Part shown: positions 62,401-64,000 of the stretch, piece by piece | How positions within the stretch are numbered: position 1 is the first letter of the stretch | Layout of the letters: each line of letters starts with the position of its first letter | NCBI GenBank assembly: GCA_964016885.1 | Contig: OZ024756.1 | Span: forward strand, 8,060,001 to 8,124,000 | Length of the DNA: 64,000 nt | Direction of reading: 5' to 3' | DNA from: Eledone cirrhosa | Lineage: Eukaryota | Made by a program: the position numbers and the translations under genes | The notes under the pieces: model-generated | Seen by the model: the letters and a program-made list of their open reading frames with translations, nothing else | Told to the model about the DNA's origin: nothing | The model's database searches: none

Positions 62401-64000
62401 ACTATATATCTCACACTCTCTACATTATCTAATCTATAGACTTACTATACATATCACACTCTCTAGCTTATCTAATCTATAGCCTTACTATATCTCACTC
62501 TCTACATTATCTAATCCATAGTCTTAATATATCACACTCTCTACATTATCTAATCTATGGTCTTACTATATATAACGCTCTCTCTACATTATCTAATCTA
62601 TAGTCTTACTATATATATCTCACTGTCTGCATTATCTAATCTATAGTCTTACTATATCACACTCTCTACATTATCTAATCTATAGTCTTACTATATATAT
62701 CACACTCTCTACATTATCTAATCTATAGTCTTACTATATCACACTCTCTACTTTATATAATCTATAGTCTTACTATGTATATCTCACTCTCTACTTTATC
62801 TAATCTATAGTCTTAATGTATCACACACTCTACATTATCTGATCTATAGTCTTACTATATATATCACACTCTATACATTATCTAATCTATGGTCTTACTA
62901 TATATATCACACTGTCTACATTATCTAATCTATTGTCTTAGGATATATATCACACTCTATACATTATCTAATCTATAGTCTTACTATATCACACTTGGTA
63001 CATTATTTAATCTATAGTCTTACTATATCACACTCTATACATTATCTAATCTATATTCTTACTATATATATCACACTCCCTACATTATCTAATCTATAGC
63101 CTTAATATATATATCTCACTCTCTACATTATCTAATCTATGGTCTTACTATAAATGTCACACTCTCTACATTATGTAATCTATAGTCTCACTAGTTTAAA
63201 CTATAGACTTACTATATATATCTCACTCTCTACATTATCTAATCTATAGTCTTACTATATCACACTCTGTATATTATCTAATCTATAGTCTTACTATATC
63301 ACACTCTGTACATTATCTAATCTATAGTCTTACTATATATATCACACTCCCTACATTATCTAATCTATAGTCTTACTATATATATATCACACTCTCTACA
63401 TTATCTAATCTATAGTCTTAGTATATATATCACACTCTCTACCTTATCTAATCTATAGTCTTATTTATCACACTCTCTACATTATCTAATCTATAGTCTT
63501 ACTATATATATCATACTCTCAACATTATCTAATATATAGTCTTACTATATCACACTCTATACATTATTTAATCTATAGTCTTACTATATCAGACTCGCTA
63601 CATTATCTAATCTATAATCTTACTATATATATCACACTCTCTACATTATCTAATCTATAATCTAACAATATACATCCCACTTTCTACATTATCTAATCTA
63701 TAATCTTACTCTATATATCACACTCTGTACATTATCTAATCTAAAGTCTTACTATATATATCTCACTTTCTTCTTTATCTAATCTATAGTCTTAATATAT
63801 AACCCCCTCTACATTATCTAATCTATAGTCTTACTATATCACACTCTCTACATTATCTAATCCTTACTCTTACTATATATATATGACACTCTCTACATTA
63901 TCTAATGTATAGTATTACTATATCACACTCTCTACATTATCTAATCTATAGTCTTACTATATATATCACACTCTCTACATTATCTAATCTATAATCTTAC
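56455..64000 (+). repeat. Homogeneous higher-order repeat with a 2845-bp unit, ~2.65 copies, running off the right edge
   Basis: TTAGTATATATATCTCAATC at 56471/59316/62161, the GG of CTTAGGAT at 57251/60096/62941, and AACCCCCTCT at 58111/60956/63801. All are exactly 2845 apart. Identical pseudo-ORFs start at 58668/61513. Confidence 0.96.

Larger units (their letters stand above)
1..64000 (+). repeat. AT-rich tandem satellite DNA array, 39/43-bp monomers (consensus ATATCACACTCTCTACATTATCTAATCTATAGTCTTACT +/- ATAT), continuing past both window edges
   Basis: The monomer is recognisable in every line from base 1 to 64000, always in the same orientation, typically with 0-3 substitutions per copy. 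Length varies mainly in the (TA)n tract after CTTAC. The consensus is about 28% GC. Confidence 0.99.
33000..64000 (+). repeat. Satellite subfamily domain B
   Basis: Recurrent variants CTCGGTAC (first ~33635), CTAGCTTATC (first ~34049), TCATTCTCCCTAC, CACTGTCTGC, GGTCTTACTATAAATGTCTCAC, CTACCTTATC and the 21-bp unit TAGTCTCACTAGATTAAACTA. Domain-A markers are rare or absent. Confidence 0.8.

Noticed and set aside
1-64000. CRISPR-like array (repeat of about 30-40 bp with an internal hairpin)
   Set aside because: The repeats abut directly with no unique spacers, and there is no leader or cas gene.
1-64000. Telomeric repeat tract (strong C/G strand skew)
   Set aside because: There are no G-runs or short telomerase-type unit, and the monomers are 39/43 bp with HOR structure. 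A subtelomeric or telomerase-independent terminal location cannot be excluded without flanking context.
1-64000. TATA boxes, promoters or terminators
   Set aside because: TATA words and hairpins are intrinsic to every monomer, and there is no associated transcription unit.
1-64000. Transposon insertion or inverted array segment
   Set aside because: No non-satellite stretch longer than about 20 bp and no G-rich, reverse-oriented monomer run was seen.
1-64000. Assignment to a named satellite family, species or functional centromere
   Set aside because: I do not recognise the monomer. A database search and CENH3 data would be required.

Overview
The whole 64 kb window is one uninterrupted, head-to-tail, AT-rich tandem satellite array, most likely eukaryotic heterochromatic or (peri)centromeric satellite DNA. 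The organism cannot be identified from the sequence. The + strand consensus monomer is ATATCACACTCTCTACATTATCTAATCTATAGTCTTACT (39 bp; 12 A, 16 T, 10 C, 1 G). It is interspersed with a 43-bp form carrying an extra ATAT, giving roughly 1,500-1,600 monomers. I see no credible genes, RNA genes, transposons or CRISPR spacers; all listed ORFs are read-throughs of the 13-codon monomer (ISHSLHYLIYSLT). The information is in the variant pattern. There are two monomer subfamily domains (about 1-27 kb and about 33-64 kb) separated by a more diverged zone. There are many block duplications, several independent ones at about 2.8 kb or about 2x and 4x that length, and a nested duplication series whose lengths add up exactly (5657+293+207+1500=7657). 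Every monomer carries a hairpin-forming dyad, and a 21-bp truncated unit recurs. I found no novel gene-based system. Block boundaries were read by eye from rare marker variants and are accurate to about one or two monomers.
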